This document shows, one piece after another, positions 61,822-64,000 of a stretch of DNA of 64,000 nt. A program made the translations under genes and the position numbers. The stretch lies in the NCBI GenBank assembly GCA_963837955.1, contig CAWIPH010000002.1, forward strand, positions 4,640,001 to 4,704,000. The letters run 5' to 3'. The DNA comes from an uncultured Verrucomicrobiae bacterium. GTDB taxonomy: Bacteria; Verrucomicrobiota; Verrucomicrobiia; Chthoniobacterales; JAFAMB01. Below the pieces are notes generated by a model, which ran no database searches, was not told where the DNA came from, and saw nothing but the letters and a program-made list of their open reading frames with translations. Numbering within the stretch: position 1 is the stretch's first letter; the number at the start of each line of letters is the position of its first letter.

Positions 61822-63261
61822 ATGGGTAAACTCTTCGATGACTATGACCCCGGCTCGTTTTTCGACGAGATGTTTGAACCTTCTGGTCATGTTAGAAATC
61901 ATTACGGTCGTCTCTTGCAACGGTATGGCGAGCTGACCCCGGAAGAGTTTGAGAGGAAACGCGCAGTCGCGGACAATTCGTTTCTCAATCAAGGAATTAC
62001 CTTCACCGTCTATAACAATGATGAGGGCACCGAGCGCATTTTCCCATTCGATTTGCTGCCCAGAATAGTGCCATTGGCCGAATGGCAGCTTATCGAACGG
62101 GGGCTGACCCAGCGAATCACCGCGTTAAATCTTTTTTTGCAGGACGTTTATCACGAGCAAAAAATCATCAAAGACAACGTCGTGCCCCGCGAAATCGTCG
62201 AAAGTGCAGTACATTTTCGGCCGGAATTTATGGGTGTGGACGTGCCTAAGGGTATCTACATCCATATCTGCGGGACTGACCTAATCCGGGACCGCGATGG
62301 CAACTACCTTGTCCTCGAAGACAACGGGAGATGTCCCTCGGGAGTTTCTTACCTTCTGGAAAACCGGCAGGCCATGAAACGCGTTTTCCCGAACTTGTTC
62401 GCCCGCCATTCCGTTCAGCCGGTGGACGGTTATTGCCAGGAGCTGTTGAACGTACTTCGCTACATAGCGCCGGACGGCAATCCCGAACCAACTGTCGTTT
62501 TGCTGACGCCTGGAATATACAACTCTGCCTATTTCGAACACTCTTTTCTGGCGAGGACGATGGGTATCGAGATTGTCGTGGGTGCGGATCTAGTGATCCA
62601 AGATGGCTATCTCATGATGAAGACGACGAAGGGTCTTCGGCGAGTCGACGTAGTCTACCGGCGGATCGACGACGATTTTCTCGATCCATCTGTGTTTCGG
62701 AAGGATTCTTTGTTGGGCGTTTCCGGTATCGTGGAGGCCTATCGAAGAGGAAATGTAAGCCTGGCAAATTCGATTGGTACCGGCGTCGCGGATGACAAGG
62801 TGACCTACTACTTTGTTCCGAAGATGATCAAATATTATCTCGATCAGGAGCCCATTCTCCCCAACGTACCTACATTTCTTTCCCACTTTGATTCGGATCG
62901 GTCGTACATGCTCGAACATCTCTCTGAGCTCGTTGTGAAATCGGCGAACGAAAGCGGTGGTTACGGAATGCTGATGGGTCCCACCTCAACGGCGTCTGAA
63001 CGAGAGAAATTTCGTGCAGCCATTAATCAAAACCCTCGAAATTACATCGCTCAGCCTGTTGTCCGTCTTTCCCGATCACCGTCCTATTGTGACGGCAGTT
63101 TTGAGGGCCGGCACATTGACTTGCGTCCTTACGTTCTATCCGGCGAGAAAATCACGATCATCCCCGGAGGCCTCACCCGAGTCGCTCTGCGGAAGGACTC
63201 TCTCGTGGTGAACTCTTCGCAGGGAGGTGGAAGTAAGGACACCTGGGTGTTAACCGAGTGA
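61822..63261 (+). CDS. Circularly permuted type 2 ATP-grasp protein
   Basis: [46 protein letters not shown]. Confidence 0.93.
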   Translation: MGKLFDDYDPGSFFDEMFEPSGHVRNHYGRLLQRYGELTPEEFERKRAVADNSFLNQGITFTVYNNDEGTERIFPFDLLPRIVPLAEWQLIERGLTQRITALNLFLQDVYHEQKIIKDNVVPREIVESAVHFRPEFMGVDVPKGIYIHICGTDLIRDRDGNYLVLEDNGRCPSGVSYLLENRQAMKRVFPNLFARHSVQPVDGYCQELLNVLRYIAPDGNPEPTVVLLTPGIYNSAYFEHSFLARTMGIEIVVGADLVIQDGYLMMKTTKGLRRVDVVYRRIDDDFLDPSVFRKDSLLGVSGIVEAYRRGNVSLANSIGTGVADDKVTYYFVPKMIKYYLDQEPILPNVPTFLSHFDSDRSYMLEHLSELVVKSANESGGYGMLMGPTSTASEREKFRAAINQNPRNYIAQPVVRLSRSPSYCDGSFEGRHIDLRPYVLSGEKITIIPGGLTRVALRKDSLVVNSSQGGGSKDTWVLTE

Positions 63262-63314
63262 TTCGTTAATGAGATGCTAATGATTCACGGCAAAATTGAC
63301 CTTCTGCACTAAAG

Positions 63315-64000
63315 ATGCTTTCCCGAGTTGCCGATTCACTCTACTGGCTCGGCCGTTACATCGAGCGAGCGGAGAACAACGCCCGCATGCTGGACGTGAA
63401 TCTCCAGCTCATGTTGGATGCCACCCTGCTCAATAACCGGTACAGCCAGCAGCATTGGGAATCGATCATCTACTCCCTCGAAGACACCAAGCTTTTCGAG
63501 AAGCTCTACCAAACGATAGATGGCGAGCATGTGGTTGAGTTCGTCTCATTCGAAAAGAAGAACCCTACCTCGATCTACTCGTGCCTCTGTTCCGCCCGAG
63601 AAAACGCTCGGACTGTACGTGAACAGATCTCTTCCGAAATGTTTGAGCAAATCAATCGAATGTTCCTCGATTTTCGCTCGGGCGAAGCGCAACGGCTTTT
63701 CCGTTCCAGCAGCTATCAATTTTTTCAGTGGGTCTTGCAAGGCTGTCATCTGTTTCAAGGAATCGCCGACGCGACCATGGCTCACGATGAAGGCTGGGAC
63801 TTTATTCAGCTCGGCAAGTTCCTGGAACGAGCGGATCGGACCTCTCGTATCCTCGACATCAAGTATCATATCCTTTTGCCAAAAGGAGAGCAGATTGGGG
63901 GAAACGTTGACCTCGTACAATGGCTTGCTGTGCTAAACTCCTGCAGCGCTGGCGAACCGTTTAGGAAACACTTTCGAGGTCAGGTTGCGCCTTGGAAAGT
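63315..64000 (+). CDS. Alpha-E domain protein (DUF403), truncated by the window end
   Basis: MLSRVADSLYWLGRYIERAENNAR...ARENAR...LERADRTSRILD read from ATG 63315; absent from the ORF track because there is no stop in the window. Confidence 0.9.
   Translation, partial: MLSRVADSLYWLGRYIERAENNARMLDVNLQLMLDATLLNNRYSQQHWESIIYSLEDTKLFEKLYQTIDGEHVVEFVSFEKKNPTSIYSCLCSARENARTVREQISSEMFEQINRMFLDFRSGEAQRLFRSSSYQFFQWVLQGCHLFQGIADATMAHDEGWDFIQLGKFLERADRTSRILDIKYHILLPKGEQIGGNVDLVQWLAVLNSCSAGEPFRKHFRGQVAPWK

Noticed and set aside
63336..63936. Track ORFs 63336-63530, 63520-63936 and 63546-63920
   Set aside because: Alternative frames of the alpha-E gene starting at 63315

Overview
A 64 kb bacterial chromosomal segment made mostly of housekeeping genes: exbB-exbD-tonB, fur-like-sufCBD, mutS, aas-like, sdhCAB, leuB, trpF, recF, mnmA, recR, clpX-like, mazG, hisBHA, prc, sufSU, tRNA-Leu(GAG), aroB-dprA-topB, ppk1 and a CP-ATP-grasp/alpha-E pair. 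Gene content and style suggest a soil Verrucomicrobiota (Chthoniobacterales-like) genome; this is inference only. The standout is an accessory locus at about 18.86-25.28 kb between sdhB and leuB. It holds three related small secreted peptides, two of which carry 4-5 tandem cores of consensus [VI]-A-V-x-[ML]-P-x-x-P. Each of those two is paired tail-to-tail with its own secreted NTF2/DUF4440-like protein, in a duplicated module with conserved non-coding leaders. Next to it are a membrane Ser/Thr kinase with an extracytoplasmic helical-repeat domain and a kinase-activated (ECF43-like) sigma factor. I propose this as a candidate multi-core peptide signal/RiPP-like system; the function is a hypothesis. 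Intergenic regions carry at least two families of REP/MITE-like repeats. All calls come from motif recognition by eye with no database searches, and many start codons were moved from the ORF track to the most plausible start.
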